Below, in pieces: positions 18,246 through 28,211 of a stretch of DNA of 64,000 nt. Origin of the DNA: an uncultured Actinomycetota bacterium (GTDB lineage Bacteria > Actinomycetota > Actinomycetes > Mycobacteriales > Micromonosporaceae); assembly GCA_963794685.1 (NCBI GenBank), contig CAWCFK010000013.1, positions 139,678 to 203,677 of the forward strand, in the 5' to 3' direction. Numbering within the stretch: position 1 is the stretch's first letter; each line of letters starts with the position of its first letter. A program made the translations under genes and the position numbers. The notes beneath the pieces were generated by a model, which was not told the DNA's origin, did no database searches, and saw only the letters and a list, made by a program, of their open reading frames with translations.

Positions 18246-19529
18246 TCAGCGCAGGTAAGGAATGGTTTGTGGGCCTTCGGGAAGCACGCAGACGGTAGCC
18301 TGCGGGCCGATCCGGCGCAGCTGCGCGGCCACCGTCTCGGCGATGTCGTGCACCTTGAACAGGTGCGCGGCGCGCAGCGCCGGTTCGTCGAGGTGGTCGC
18401 TGTAGACGCCGATCCGGGCGGTGGTCAGCAGCCGGGCCAGCACCTGCACCTGCCACTGGTCGGGCACGGTGCGCGGGCGTGCCCGGATCAGCTCCAGCAG
18501 CTCACCGGGCGTGCCGGCGGAGCTGAGTACCTCCCGGAACGACCCGTGGTCGGGGAAGCCGTCGGCGCACTCGGCGGCGCACACGATCAGCCCACCGGGC
18601 TTGACGATGGTGGCCGCCGCCGACATGCCTTTGACGGCCTGGTAGAGGTTCTGGTCGAGCGGATATCCTGAGTTGCTGGTCAGCACGATGTCGAAGCGGT
18701 GGGCGACCGGCCGCATCGCGGTCTGCCGGACCCGCTCCCGGGCGACCGCGTGCATCTGCGCCACCGGTCCGCCGAAGGCGGCGACCACCCGCTGCTCCCG
18801 GTTGAGTACCACGTCGAAGGCGAAGTCGACACCGGTACCCGCCGCGATCGCGCGCACGTCGTCGTGCACCGGGTTGCCCTCGCAGACCCCCCAGGTGGCC
18901 CGCGGGTCGCCGATCCGGCTGGCGTCGTGCAGCGTCAGGACCGTCTCCAGCCCGGCCAGGCCGGGCGCGACGAGCTTCGGCCCGCCGGAGAAGCCGGCGA
19001 AGAAGTGCGGCTCGACGAAGCCGGTGGTGATGCGTACGTCGGCGGCGACCCAGTGCCGGTTGAGCCACACCGGCACCCCGTTGCCGAAGGTCCCCAGCCA
19101 GGTCAGCGAGCCGGCATCCCGGGCGTCGTGGTTGACGATGCGCAGGCTGCCGGCCAGCTCGGCGCCGAACATCGTGCGCAGTTCGGCGTCGGTGTTGGCC
19201 CGGTGCGTGCCGGTCGCCACCAGCAGCGTGACATCGCGCGGATCGAGTACCCCGGCCAGCTCGTCCAGCAGCGCCCGGACCATCGCCTCGCGCGGCTGGG
19301 GCCGGGTCAGGTCGCAGACGCTCACCGCCACCTGCCGGCCCGGCCGCACGATCTCCCGCAGCGGCGGACCGTCGACCGGCTCCCGCAGCGCCCGGCGCAG
19401 GGTCGCGGCCGGGTCCGGCGCGGCCGGCGCGGGCACCGGCTCCACCACCGTGGTACGCCCGGCCGGCAGGTCCACCGACAGCCCGGTACGGCCGTAGGCG
19501 AGCCGGACGGTGCGGGTCGGTTCAGCCAC
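18246..19529 (-). CDS. LarA-family (nickel-pincer-dependent 2-hydroxyacid racemase/epimerase, DUF2088) protein
   Basis: 427 aa from GTG 19529. Motifs LLVATGTHR, GFVEPHFFAGFSGGPKLVAPG followed by TLHD. Confidence 0.88.
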   Translation of the reverse strand: MAEPTRTVRLAYGRTGLSVDLPAGRTTVVEPVPAPAAPDPAATLRRALREPVDGPPLREIVRPGRQVAVSVCDLTRPQPREAMVRALLDELAGVLDPRDVTLLVATGTHRANTDAELRTMFGAELAGSLRIVNHDARDAGSLTWLGTFGNGVPVWLNRHWVAADVRITTGFVEPHFFAGFSGGPKLVAPGLAGLETVLTLHDASRIGDPRATWGVCEGNPVHDDVRAIAAGTGVDFAFDVVLNREQRVVAAFGGPVAQMHAVARERVRQTAMRPVAHRFDIVLTSNSGYPLDQNLYQAVKGMSAAATIVKPGGLIVCAAECADGFPDHGSFREVLSSAGTPGELLELIRARPRTVPDQWQVQVLARLLTTARIGVYSDHLDEPALRAAHLFKVHDIAETVAAQLRRIGPQATVCVLPEGPQTIPYLR

Positions 19530-20475
19530 CCAGGTCCTGCCACAGCTGACCGGGAATGTCGGTGCCCAGCCGGTTGAGCGCTTCGGCGACCTGCCCGGCG
19601 TCGCGGGTGCCGGCGACCACCGAGCAGACCGCCGGGTGACGCAGCGGGAACTGTAGCGCGGCGGCGGGCAGGCTCACCCCGTACCGTTCGCAGGCGTCGG
19701 CCAGGCGGTTGGCCCGGTGCACCAGCTCCGCACCGGCCGGCCCGTAGTTAAAGTGGGCGTCGGCCGCCGGTCGCGGCCGGGCGAGCAGGCCCGAGTTGTA
19801 CGGAGCGGCGGCGACGACGGACACGCCGCGCTGCGCGCACTCGTCCATCAGCGGCGCACCGGAGCGGTCCAGCAGGGTCCACCGCCCGGCCAGCATGACC
19901 ACGTCGATCGGGGTCTCCCGGACCATCCGTAGCGGTCCCTGCCAGTCGTTCATGCCCACCCCGATGGCGCCGACGATGCCCTGCTCCCGCCAGGAGACCA
20001 GGGCCGGGATCGCCTGGCTGACGGCCTCGTCGAGGTGGTGGTCGGGGTCGTGCAGGTAAACGATGTCGACGTGGTCGACGCCCAGCCGGAGCAGGCTGGA
20101 TTCCAGGCTGCGGCGCACGCCGTCGGCGCTGAAGTCGAACCGGCGTCGCAGGTCGTCGGCCACCTCGAAGCCGCCGGCCGCCAGGTCGGACCCGGTCGGT
20201 GCGGGGTTGGCCTCCAGCAGCCGGCCGACCTTGGTGGACAGCACGAAGCCGGTACGCGGGTACCCGGCCAGCGCGCGCCCCAGGCGACGTTCGGACAGGC
20301 CGAGTCCGTAGTGCGGTGCGGTGTCGAAGTAGCGCACACCGGCCTCGAACGCCGCGGACACCGCGCCGGTGGCGGTGTCGTCGTCGATGGCGCGGTAGAG
20401 GTTGCCCACCGACGCGCCGCCGAACCCGAACTCGGTCACGGCGACGCCACCTGCCCCCAACGCCCGGGTCTTCAT
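19522..20475 (-). CDS. aldo/keto reductase (D-threo-aldose / L-fucose 1-dehydrogenase-like)
   Basis: Motifs FGFGGASVGNLY, YFDTAPHYGLGLSERRLG, DIVYLHDPD. AGGAGA RBS upstream. Confidence 0.9.
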   Translation of the reverse strand: MKTRALGAGGVAVTEFGFGGASVGNLYRAIDDDTATGAVSAAFEAGVRYFDTAPHYGLGLSERRLGRALAGYPRTGFVLSTKVGRLLEANPAPTGSDLAAGGFEVADDLRRRFDFSADGVRRSLESSLLRLGVDHVDIVYLHDPDHHLDEAVSQAIPALVSWREQGIVGAIGVGMNDWQGPLRMVRETPIDVVMLAGRWTLLDRSGAPLMDECAQRGVSVVAAAPYNSGLLARPRPAADAHFNYGPAGAELVHRANRLADACERYGVSLPAAALQFPLRHPAVCSVVAGTRDAGQVAEALNRLGTDIPGQLWQDLGG

Positions 20476-20521
20476 CGCTGCCGTTCTCCTTCGCTGCTTC
20501 CGAGCTCTCGCATCGGTGCGG

Positions 20522-20848
20522 TCAGTCCAGGTGCCACACCTCGTCGAGTGGCTGCCACAGCGCCCCGGGGTCGCGCTCCGGCACGATGCGCAGCTGGCAC
20601 GGATCGGTGTGCGTCCACCACTCGCGGGTCACCGGATCCTCGGCGATCCGGGCCATGTCGGCGGCGTGGTCGTCGCCGACGTACTCGTAGTAGGCGAACA
20701 GGGTATCGCCCACCACGAAGATCGAGTAATTGGTGACGTTCGCCTCGCGCAGGATCTGTTCGACCTGGGGCCAGACGGCGCGGTGCAGGCTCAGGTACTC
20801 CTCCCGGCGCTCCGGTCGCAGGCCGACGACAAGGGCGTGGCGTTGCAC
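20522..20848 (-). CDS. L-rhamnose mutarotase (RhaM/YiiL) family protein
   Basis: 108 aa from GTG 20848: VQRHALVVGLRPERREEYLSLHRAVWPQVEQILREANVTNYSIF...EWW...W. Confidence 0.85.
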   Translation of the reverse strand: MQRHALVVGLRPERREEYLSLHRAVWPQVEQILREANVTNYSIFVVGDTLFAYYEYVGDDHAADMARIAEDPVTREWWTHTDPCQLRIVPERDPGALWQPLDEVWHLD

Positions 20849-20859
20849 CGGGTTCCCGG

Positions 20860-22047
20860 TCACGACCCGGCCCGTTCCACCGCGCGGATGCCCAGCGGGG
20901 TGTCCTGCCGGGCGTCCGGGACCAGGCGCAGGCCGGCCCGGCCGGGGCGCACGTGCGGTCCGGCGATGTGGGCCGGCGGGTCGATCGCCCGGACCCGGTT
21001 GATGTGCGCCTCGTCGACCCGGATACCCAGGCCCGGCTCGTCGCCCAGGACTATCCCGCCGTCCTGGAACTCCTGGTCGATGTGCAGCCCGATCGGTGAG
21101 GTGAGGTCCTGTACCTCGAAGGCCAGCACGTTCGGCATCGCGGCCGCCGGGTGCGCCAGGATGTTGCCGTGGTAGGCCACCGGGCTCACCGGCAGGTCCC
21201 GGCCGTGGGCCATCGCGGCGACCCGGAGGAAGTGGGTGACGCCCCAGACACAGCCGACCTGGACGATGTCGATCGCGTCCGCGTCCAGCAGCGGCCGGTA
21301 CTGTTCCAGGCCGGTGAGGTTCTCGCCGGTGGCGACGGCGGCGCGGATGCCGCGCCGGACCGAGGCCAGTCCGGCCGCGTCCCAGCGGCGTACCGGCTCC
21401 TCCACCCAGGTGAGGTCGATCGTGCGCTCCAGCGCGGTGATGAACCGGACGGCCTGCGAGCGGTTCCACGTCTCGTTGGCGTCGAACATCAGCGCGGGGT
21501 GCGCCGAGTTGCGCGCCAGGACGTCCCGCAGCGCCGCCAGCCGGCGCAGGTCGTGCTCCAGGTTCCGGCCGCCCTTGAGCTTGGCGGCGCCGAAGCCGCG
21601 GTCGGCGAAGCGCTCGTAGAGCCGCACCAGCGCCTCGTCGTCCAGAGCGATGTCCAACCCGGAGGCGTAGCCCGGGACGAACCGGTCCAACGCGCCGAGG
21701 GTGCGCCACAGCGGTTCGCCGGCCGCCTTGGCCTTGAGGTCCCACAGCGCCATGTCGATCGCGCCGATGGCGCCGAAGGTGGCGCCGGAGTGGCCGGTCT
21801 TGAAGACGTGGGCCAGCATCCGGTCGTACAGCGCGGTGACCGCGCGCGGATCTTCCCCTTGCACTGCGCCGAACACCCGGTCGATCTCGCCGTGCGCGCC
21901 GAGACCGACCCCCTCCAGCCCGCTGTCGGTCTCCAGGACCAGCACGTGCACGTCCGTGCGCGGATGGGGCATCACCCCGTTGGCGTCGCCGATCAGCCGC
22001 CCCCAGTCGTGCTCGGTCGTGAGGCTGCGGTATCCGGTGACTTTCAC
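20860..22047 (-). CDS. enolase-superfamily acid-sugar dehydratase (mandelate racemase subgroup)
   Basis: K-x-K motif (AAKLKGG). Metal-ligand contexts MFDANE, WVEEP, ATGEN. GTG start with GAAGGAG RBS. Confidence 0.88.
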   Translation of the reverse strand: MKVTGYRSLTTEHDWGRLIGDANGVMPHPRTDVHVLVLETDSGLEGVGLGAHGEIDRVFGAVQGEDPRAVTALYDRMLAHVFKTGHSGATFGAIGAIDMALWDLKAKAAGEPLWRTLGALDRFVPGYASGLDIALDDEALVRLYERFADRGFGAAKLKGGRNLEHDLRRLAALRDVLARNSAHPALMFDANETWNRSQAVRFITALERTIDLTWVEEPVRRWDAAGLASVRRGIRAAVATGENLTGLEQYRPLLDADAIDIVQVGCVWGVTHFLRVAAMAHGRDLPVSPVAYHGNILAHPAAAMPNVLAFEVQDLTSPIGLHIDQEFQDGGIVLGDEPGLGIRVDEAHINRVRAIDPPAHIAGPHVRPGRAGLRLVPDARQDTPLGIRAVERAGS

Positions 22048-22090
22048 AGTTGCTCCTTCTGTGCAGGATCGCGCTGTGCAGGTTTGCGAC

Positions 22091-23002
22091 TTACTCCTTG
22101 GTCCCTCCGGCAGTCATGCCGGCCACCAGGAACCGCTGAGAGAACAGGAAGACGACGAGCACCGGCAGTACCGAGATCACCGTCGCGAGGGCGAGCGTCG
22201 GTAGCTGGATCGACTCGGCCCCGGCGGAGCTGGGGTTGAACGCCGGGGTGGAGGCCAGTATGGAGGTCAGGCCGACCTGGATCGGGTAGCCGTCGCTGGA
22301 GGGCAGCATCACGAAGGGCAGGAAGAAGTTGTTCCAACTCTGCACGAAGCTGAAGAACGCGACCAGTGCCACGATCGGCGCCGCGAGCGGCAACGCCACC
22401 GTGGTGAACACCTGCAACTCGCTACAGCCGTCGATGCGCGCCGCGGCGAGCAGGTCGCGCGGGACGCTGGTGGAGAAGTAGATGTAGGTGAGGTAGACGC
22501 CGAACGGGAAGAACGACATCGGCAGGATCACCGACAGCGGGCTGCCGATCAGGCCCACCACGTTGAGCTCCAGGAAGATCGGCAGGACCAGCGCGGTGTT
22601 CGGGATCAGCATGACGACCAGGGTCACCACCAGCAGCAGTCGCCGGAACCGGAATTCGGTGAGCGCCATGGCATACCCCGCCGGGATGCTGGCGACCAGC
22701 GTGACGACCAGCGCGCCGATGGAGTAGAGCGCCGAGTTGGCGATCCAGTTGAGCACCGCGCCGTCCTGGTAGCCGAACAGCTGGCTCCAGTTGGCACCGA
22801 AGTCGTGCAGGCTGCCGGGCCGGAACGGGTTGTCCACGATCAGCCCGTGCGCCGACTTCGTGGTGGCCAGCAGCAGCCAGACGATCGGGATGAGGAAGAA
22901 CAGCACGAAGACCGCGACCACGACGGCGACGATGGTGCGGCCGCTCCAGCCGCGCAGGCCGGCCCGGTCCCCGGCCGGCTGCCGGTGCTCCGCTGTCGTC
23001 AT
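22091..23002 (-). CDS. carbohydrate ABC transporter permease (MalG-like)
   Basis: 303 aa from ATG 23002. Six TM-like spans. EAA-type loop AAARIDGCSELQVFTTVALPLA. Confidence 0.92.
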   Translation of the reverse strand: MTTAEHRQPAGDRAGLRGWSGRTIVAVVVAVFVLFFLIPIVWLLLATTKSAHGLIVDNPFRPGSLHDFGANWSQLFGYQDGAVLNWIANSALYSIGALVVTLVASIPAGYAMALTEFRFRRLLLVVTLVVMLIPNTALVLPIFLELNVVGLIGSPLSVILPMSFFPFGVYLTYIYFSTSVPRDLLAAARIDGCSELQVFTTVALPLAAPIVALVAFFSFVQSWNNFFLPFVMLPSSDGYPIQVGLTSILASTPAFNPSSAGAESIQLPTLALATVISVLPVLVVFLFSQRFLVAGMTAGGTKE

Positions 23003-23007
23003 GGGCT

Positions 23008-23967
23008 TCAGTCCGTCTCGAACAGGCCGCCGCGCGTCACGAAGACGGCCGACAGCACGAGGGCGATGACGAGCAGCAGCAGGGAGATTGCCGCCGCACC
23101 GTTGAAGTCGTTCTGCTGGAACGCGTACTGGTACGCCAGCTGGTTGAGCGAGTAGTCGTTGGGGACCACCGCGTTGCTGGCCTGGGAGAGCAGTTGCGGT
23201 TCGACGAACAGCTGGGTGCCGGCGGCCAGCGACATGATCCCCATGTACGAGATCCATTTGCGCATCATCGGCAGCTGGATGCGCCAGGCGATCTGTACCC
23301 GACTGGCGCCGTCGATACGGGCGGCCTCCATCACGGCGGTGCTGATGTTGTTGAGCGCCCCGTACATGATGACGATCCAGCCGCCCGCGCCGGTCCAGAA
23401 GGCGATGATGGCGAAGATCGGCGGCAGGTTGCCCGGCACGATGACCTGGTTGAAACTGTGGAAGCCGAGCAGCCGCAGCAGCTTGCCGACCGGGCTCGCG
23501 GTCGGGTCCAGGACGAACAGCCAGAGCAGCACGCTGGACGCACCGGCCAGGGCGCCCGGTAGGTAGAAGACCAGGCGCATGGTGCGGCTGAGCCACTGCA
23601 CCCGGACGGTGTGCACGACCAGGGCGAGGAAGGTCACCAGGACGACCAGGGCGACCAGCCAGATCACCAGGTAGAGCGCGACGTGCTCGACGGCCGGCAG
23701 GAACCGGAAGTCATGGACGACCTTGTTGAAGTTGTCCAGCCCGGCGAAGCCGCCGTCGCCGTTGGTGAACGCCAGGTACAGCGCGTACAGGCCGGGCAGA
23801 ATACCGAAGGCGACCGTCAGCGCCGCGTAGAGGGCGATGAAGCCGTAGCTCATCGGGTTGCGTCCACCGCCGTCGCGCCCGCCCGCGCGCCGGCGGCGCG
23901 GGGTCTCCCCCGGCCGCCGGCTCCTCGGGACGGCCGCCTTGCGGGCGGCCCTGTCCACTACCGTCAT
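23008..23967 (-). CDS. carbohydrate ABC transporter permease (MalF-like)
   Basis: Loop EAARIDGASRVQIAWRIQLPMM. ATG 23967 overlaps the binding-protein stop (ATGA). Confidence 0.9.
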   Translation of the reverse strand: MTVVDRAARKAAVPRSRRPGETPRRRRAGGRDGGGRNPMSYGFIALYAALTVAFGILPGLYALYLAFTNGDGGFAGLDNFNKVVHDFRFLPAVEHVALYLVIWLVALVVLVTFLALVVHTVRVQWLSRTMRLVFYLPGALAGASSVLLWLFVLDPTASPVGKLLRLLGFHSFNQVIVPGNLPPIFAIIAFWTGAGGWIVIMYGALNNISTAVMEAARIDGASRVQIAWRIQLPMMRKWISYMGIMSLAAGTQLFVEPQLLSQASNAVVPNDYSLNQLAYQYAFQQNDFNGAAAISLLLLVIALVLSAVFVTRGGLFETD

Positions 23968-25322
23968 TTGACCGTGTATCCGTCGACCTGTGCCTGGTTC
24001 TTGATGGCGGTCCCCCACGCGGGGAGGGTGTCGACCAGGCTCTTGCCGCCGGCCAGCGCCGGGGTGACGGTCTTGGCCCAGATCGCCTCCTGGCTGAAGA
24101 CGCCGGAGCCCCATCCGCTCCAGATCTCCGTACCGGCCTTGATCACGGCCTGCAGGTCGGTGGCGTAGTACCCGCTCGACTCCTGCTTCTTGATCCACTT
24201 GTCGGCCGCCGGTGCGTAGGCCGGGTAGCCGGGCGCGACGTTCACCTGGTAGTCGTCGGCCGTGTTGACGAACTCGGCGAACTTCTCGGCGGCCTTGAGG
24301 TTCACCGAGTGGCTGCTGATGAACCAGGTACCGCCGCCGACGTTGCCGGTGGCCGGGTCCTCGCCCTTCCACGGCAGCGGCGCGGCCACGCCGAGCTGGC
24401 CCTTGGCGACGTTGAGCGACTGCGGGTTGTTGAAGATGGCGCCCGCATACCAGGCCGGACCGGGCATCAGCAGCACCTTGCCGGTGTACTTCTGCACGAA
24501 CTCGGGGGTGAAGACGCTGATGTTGGGCATGGTGCCATTCTTGATCAGCACGTCCAGCATGGTCGCCATCCGCTTGCACTCGTTGCTGGTCGTGTTGACC
24601 GTCAACGTGCGGGGGCCGGTGACGTCGTTGGCCTGGCACTTGCCGGCCCAGAAGTAGATCTCCGGAGCGAACGAGTCACCGACCGCGCCCACGATGTAGC
24701 CGGGGTGCTCGGTGGCCACCTTCTCGCCCAGCGCCTGGTACTCCTCCCAGGTGGTGGGCAGGGCGTAGCCGAACTGGTCGAGCAGCGCCTTGTTGTACCA
24801 GAGCACCACCTGGGCGAGGTCGTTGCGCAGGCAGTAGACCTTGCCCTGGACGGTGCACGGGTTCAGCGAACCGGCGGTGAAGTTGTCCAGCGTGCTCTTG
24901 GGCACCAGTCCGCTGTTGAGCGTGGCGGCGAACGCCTGCTTGCCGTTGGCGCCCTGGCTGGCCCAGGAGGCGTCGTTGTTCTGCGACGAGAACACCACGT
25001 CCGGCCAGCCTTTGCCGGCCTGGTCGAAGAGCTGCATCTTGGTACGGAAGGAGTTGGAGCCGTTCGCCGAGCCGTCGTAGGTGACCACCTTGATCGGCAC
25101 GTCGGGGTTGGCCTTCTTGAAGGCGTCGGCCGCCTTGGTCCGGTCGGCGTCCACCCACACCGTGATCTCGGCCTTCTCGTCCTGCTTGGCCTGCGAGAAG
25201 CCGTAGGGACCGGAAGACGAACCGGCCTTGTTGGTGCTACAGCCGGCCAGCGTGAGCCCGATGGCCAGGACGGCCACACCGACCCATCGGCCGTTGCGCG
25301 GAAGTTGCCTGACAGCGAACAT
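23964..25322 (-). CDS. extracellular sugar-binding lipoprotein of the ABC transporter
   Basis: 452 aa from ATG 25322. Lipobox LTLAGC. Typical family-1 binding-protein length and composition. Confidence 0.9.
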   Translation of the reverse strand: MFAVRQLPRNGRWVGVAVLAIGLTLAGCSTNKAGSSSGPYGFSQAKQDEKAEITVWVDADRTKAADAFKKANPDVPIKVVTYDGSANGSNSFRTKMQLFDQAGKGWPDVVFSSQNNDASWASQGANGKQAFAATLNSGLVPKSTLDNFTAGSLNPCTVQGKVYCLRNDLAQVVLWYNKALLDQFGYALPTTWEEYQALGEKVATEHPGYIVGAVGDSFAPEIYFWAGKCQANDVTGPRTLTVNTTSNECKRMATMLDVLIKNGTMPNISVFTPEFVQKYTGKVLLMPGPAWYAGAIFNNPQSLNVAKGQLGVAAPLPWKGEDPATGNVGGGTWFISSHSVNLKAAEKFAEFVNTADDYQVNVAPGYPAYAPAADKWIKKQESSGYYATDLQAVIKAGTEIWSGWGSGVFSQEAIWAKTVTPALAGGKSLVDTLPAWGTAIKNQAQVDGYTVK

Positions 25323-25798
25323 CTCAAGTCCTTTGTCTTGTGTGACAGGGGGGTGCGGACCTAGTTCATGGCGAGGTGGGCCGGCGAGCCGACCGCGGGG
25401 AGCGGTGAGGGTGTCGATGGGCCCGTGATGGGGCTCGTCGCAAGCGTGCTTCTGGGGTGACTGCTGGCCGGGTGAGGCGTCGGCCGAGGTACGGGGGCGG
25501 GGGCGGGGGTCGACGCTTGAGTAGTATTTAGGTCCACCGACATCGGCGCCGTCAAGAGCTAAGCCCACCTATTCTCGAGCGCGCAGCTCTGATCGGCATA
25601 GTCGCGGACACTGATTGCCCCGTTAAGCACTGCTTTTGGATCCGACTGGCCCCCCGTGGCGGCTCAGCGGGATGCTCCGGACCGGCAAATAAGTGCTACA
25701 TTGCGCTCGCCGCGCGGCGCCGGTATCTCCAGCGGCGCGCAGATAACCAGTTTTCCGACGCCGTACGTCATACTCTTCAGCGAGGCGAGGGGCAGGAG

Positions 25799-26629
25799 GT
25801 GAAGGTCGTGGATCAGCCCGCTCCCCCGGTCGGTGCGGCGACGACCACGCTGGCTGTCGGGCTCGCGCCACCGGCGGCGCACCAGCCGGCGAGCGCACCG
25901 CACCAGACGCGCCGCACCTCCGGCTACCGACCCGGCTACGAAGTGGCCGCCGAGCAGGTCCTCGAACTCATCGTCACGCTGGGACTGCGCCCGGGCGACC
26001 GGATGCCCACCGAGAACGACCTCGCCGCCAGCCTGGGTACCAGCCGCACGGTGGTCCGGGAAGCCGTCAAGATCCTCTCAGCGCTGGGCCGGGTGCGGGC
26101 ACTGAAGGGCCGGGGACTCTACGTCTCGGACGACGCCGGCATGTTCGGCACCGGCCGGGGCAGCGCCTTCTTCCTCCCCACCGACCTGGATCACGTGTAC
26201 ATGCTGTTCGAGTTCCGCCGGACCCAGGAGATGGAGGCCAGCCGGCTGGCGGCGCTGCGGGCCACGCCGGCCGAACTGCGCGCCATCGGGGACGCCGTGC
26301 AGCTGTGCCGGCAGGGACACGAGAGCGGCCAGACCGACATGTTCGCCCAGGGGGACGAGGCGTTCCACAGCGGCGTGGCCACCGCGGCGCACAACGTGTT
26401 CCTGGCCATCTCGGTCCAGGAGGCCCGCCGCCTGCAGAGCCAGTCCAACGTGATCGGGCTGCAGGGCTCCGTCGGCAACCACGGCGCCAAGGCGGTCGAG
26501 GAGCACGCGGCGATCTACCAGGCCATCCGGGACGGGCAGCCGGAGGCTGCGGCGTTGGCCGCCGCCGCGCACATCGACAACACCCTCGAGGACTACCGCC
26601 GCGAGATCCAGCACCGCGTCTTCTCCTGA
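25799..26629 (+). CDS. GntR-family regulator, FadR subfamily (FCD domain)
   Basis: Sequence LRPGDRMPTENDLAASLGTSRTVVREAVKILSALGRV plus an all-helical C-terminal domain. Divergent from the ABC/sugar-acid operon. The start is GTG 25799 or GTG 25808. Confidence 0.88.
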   Translation: MKVVDQPAPPVGAATTTLAVGLAPPAAHQPASAPHQTRRTSGYRPGYEVAAEQVLELIVTLGLRPGDRMPTENDLAASLGTSRTVVREAVKILSALGRVRALKGRGLYVSDDAGMFGTGRGSAFFLPTDLDHVYMLFEFRRTQEMEASRLAALRATPAELRAIGDAVQLCRQGHESGQTDMFAQGDEAFHSGVATAAHNVFLAISVQEARRLQSQSNVIGLQGSVGNHGAKAVEEHAAIYQAIRDGQPEAAALAAAAHIDNTLEDYRREIQHRVFS

Positions 26630-26728
26630 CAGCGGCCCGCTGATCGCAGGGCGTCCGCGGCTTCTCCACCCGCGACCGGGTGTCCGGGTTCCCGGGTCGT
26701 GCGAAGCCGGTCCAGACCGGGAATGCGA

Positions 26729-26763
26729 CGCAGGGATCGCCGGGCGGCCCGGCGATCCCTGCG
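26729..26763. terminator. perfect 16-bp stem hairpin between convergent genes
   Basis: Stem CGCAGGGATCGCCGGG / CCCGGCGATCCCTGCG with a 3-nt loop. It lies between the GntR stop (26629) and the GH43 stop (26785). No U-tract. Confidence 0.6.
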
Positions 26764-26784
26764 TGTGCGGATGCAACCTGCGTG

Positions 26785-28167
26785 TCAGCGGTTCCACTTC
26801 TGGTTGGCCTGGCCGTTGCAGGTCCACAGCTGCACCTTGGCACCGTTGCCGGTGGCCTGGCCGGAGACGTCCAGGCAGAGGTGGGACTGGACGCCGACGA
26901 TGGTGCCGTTGTCGGCCAGCATCCACTTCTGGTTGTTGCCCCCGTGGCAGTCCCAGATGATGACCGCCGTCCCGGCCGCCGTCCCCGCACCGGAGGCGTC
27001 CAGGCACTTGTTGCCGTACACCCGGATCTCGGCCGCCTGGCTCGGCGCGAAGGTCTGGCTCGCCGCGCCCGTGCAGTCCCCCAGCTGCGTGGCCGCGCCG
27101 TTGGTCTGGCTACCGCCGGCGATGGTCAGGCAGCGGCCCGACTGGCTGCCGGTCAACCGGCCCGCCGGCAGCGTCACCGAGCCGGTCGCCGCGTCGATCC
27201 CCCAGGAGGGGAACCAGCTCAGCGCGGCGGTGCCGCTGGAGGTCAGCGTGATCGGCAGCCATACCGGCAGCGACGAGTAGAGGTCGCCGGAGTTCCACCG
27301 GTCGCCGACGTACACGTAGCTGGTGCCGGCGCTGCCGGCCACCGGCAGCAGGAACGACGTCTGCGAGTTGTAGGTGCGGGTACCGGCCACGGCGACGTTG
27401 GTGAACGAGCTCCACGGGCCGGCCAGGGAGGTGGCCGTCGCGTACACGTTGTCGTTGGTCGACCAGCCGGTCAGGTGCGAGCCGAGCAGGAAGTAGCGGC
27501 CGCTCACCTTGGCGATGGCCGGCGCCTCCAGCTCGGGGAAGCTGGCCACCGCGCTCTGCGCGCTGGTGTAGTCCGCGGAGAGCCGGTCGATGCGCAGGTA
27601 GCCGGCCGGGTCGTCGTGCATCAGGTAGGCGGTACCGTCGTCGTCCTTGTACAGCCCCAGGTCCCGGCTCTGGTGGCCGAGCGGGTCCGAGGCGCCCAGG
27701 TAGGTGTAGGGGCCGCACGGCGTGGTGCTGGTGGCCACCCCGGCCCGCCGGTCGGTGTACGAACTGTTGTCGATGTGCAGCCACATGACATAGCGGTTGG
27801 TGGCGGCGTTGAAGAGCACCTTGGGCCGCTCCACCACCCGGCCGGCGGCGAGGTCACCGCTGGCCTGGCGGGACAGCGCGTCGGTCTGCCGGGTCCAGTG
27901 CGTCAGGTCGGTCGAGGAGTAGCAGGCCACCGCGGTGTACGTCCCGCCGGCCTGCTTGTCCTCGCCGACCATGTAGTAGGTGGAGCCGACGGTGAAGATT
28001 CCGGCGCCGTGCGCCTGCAGCCGGTTGCCCGCCGTGTCGGTCCACATGGTGCCGGGGGTGATGGTCATGGTGGCCGCCTCGGCCGGCCGGATGACGGCCA
28101 GTAGGGCGAGCACCGTGGCAGCGGTCACGGTGGCCGCCGCCAGCAGGCGGCGGGGTCTGATGGTCAT
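26785..28167 (-). CDS. secreted GH43 glycoside hydrolase (exo-beta-1,3-galactanase-like) with a C-terminal ricin-B/CBM13
   Basis: 460 aa with a signal peptide. Five-bladed-propeller-type motifs (FTVGSTYYMVGED, ERPKVLFN, LYKDDDGTAYLMHDD, EAPAIAKVSGRYFLLGSH). The C-terminus has three QxW-type repeats (NQKW...NQKW). Confidence 0.88.
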   Translation of the reverse strand: MTIRPRRLLAAATVTAATVLALLAVIRPAEAATMTITPGTMWTDTAGNRLQAHGAGIFTVGSTYYMVGEDKQAGGTYTAVACYSSTDLTHWTRQTDALSRQASGDLAAGRVVERPKVLFNAATNRYVMWLHIDNSSYTDRRAGVATSTTPCGPYTYLGASDPLGHQSRDLGLYKDDDGTAYLMHDDPAGYLRIDRLSADYTSAQSAVASFPELEAPAIAKVSGRYFLLGSHLTGWSTNDNVYATATSLAGPWSSFTNVAVAGTRTYNSQTSFLLPVAGSAGTSYVYVGDRWNSGDLYSSLPVWLPITLTSSGTAALSWFPSWGIDAATGSVTLPAGRLTGSQSGRCLTIAGGSQTNGAATQLGDCTGAASQTFAPSQAAEIRVYGNKCLDASGAGTAAGTAVIIWDCHGGNNQKWMLADNGTIVGVQSHLCLDVSGQATGNGAKVQLWTCNGQANQKWNR

Positions 28168-28211
28168 AGCGCCTCCGGGTGGGTTCGGGGTGTGGGTGGC
28201 GCCTGCGGCCC

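Noticed and set aside
25323-25798. 475-bp intergenic region between the sugar-binding-protein gene and the divergent GntR, inspected for a riboswitch, a FadR-type operator or a small gene
   Set aside because: I found only weak partial palindromes and no convincing conserved structure or ORF with coding bias. This cannot be settled without comparative alignment.
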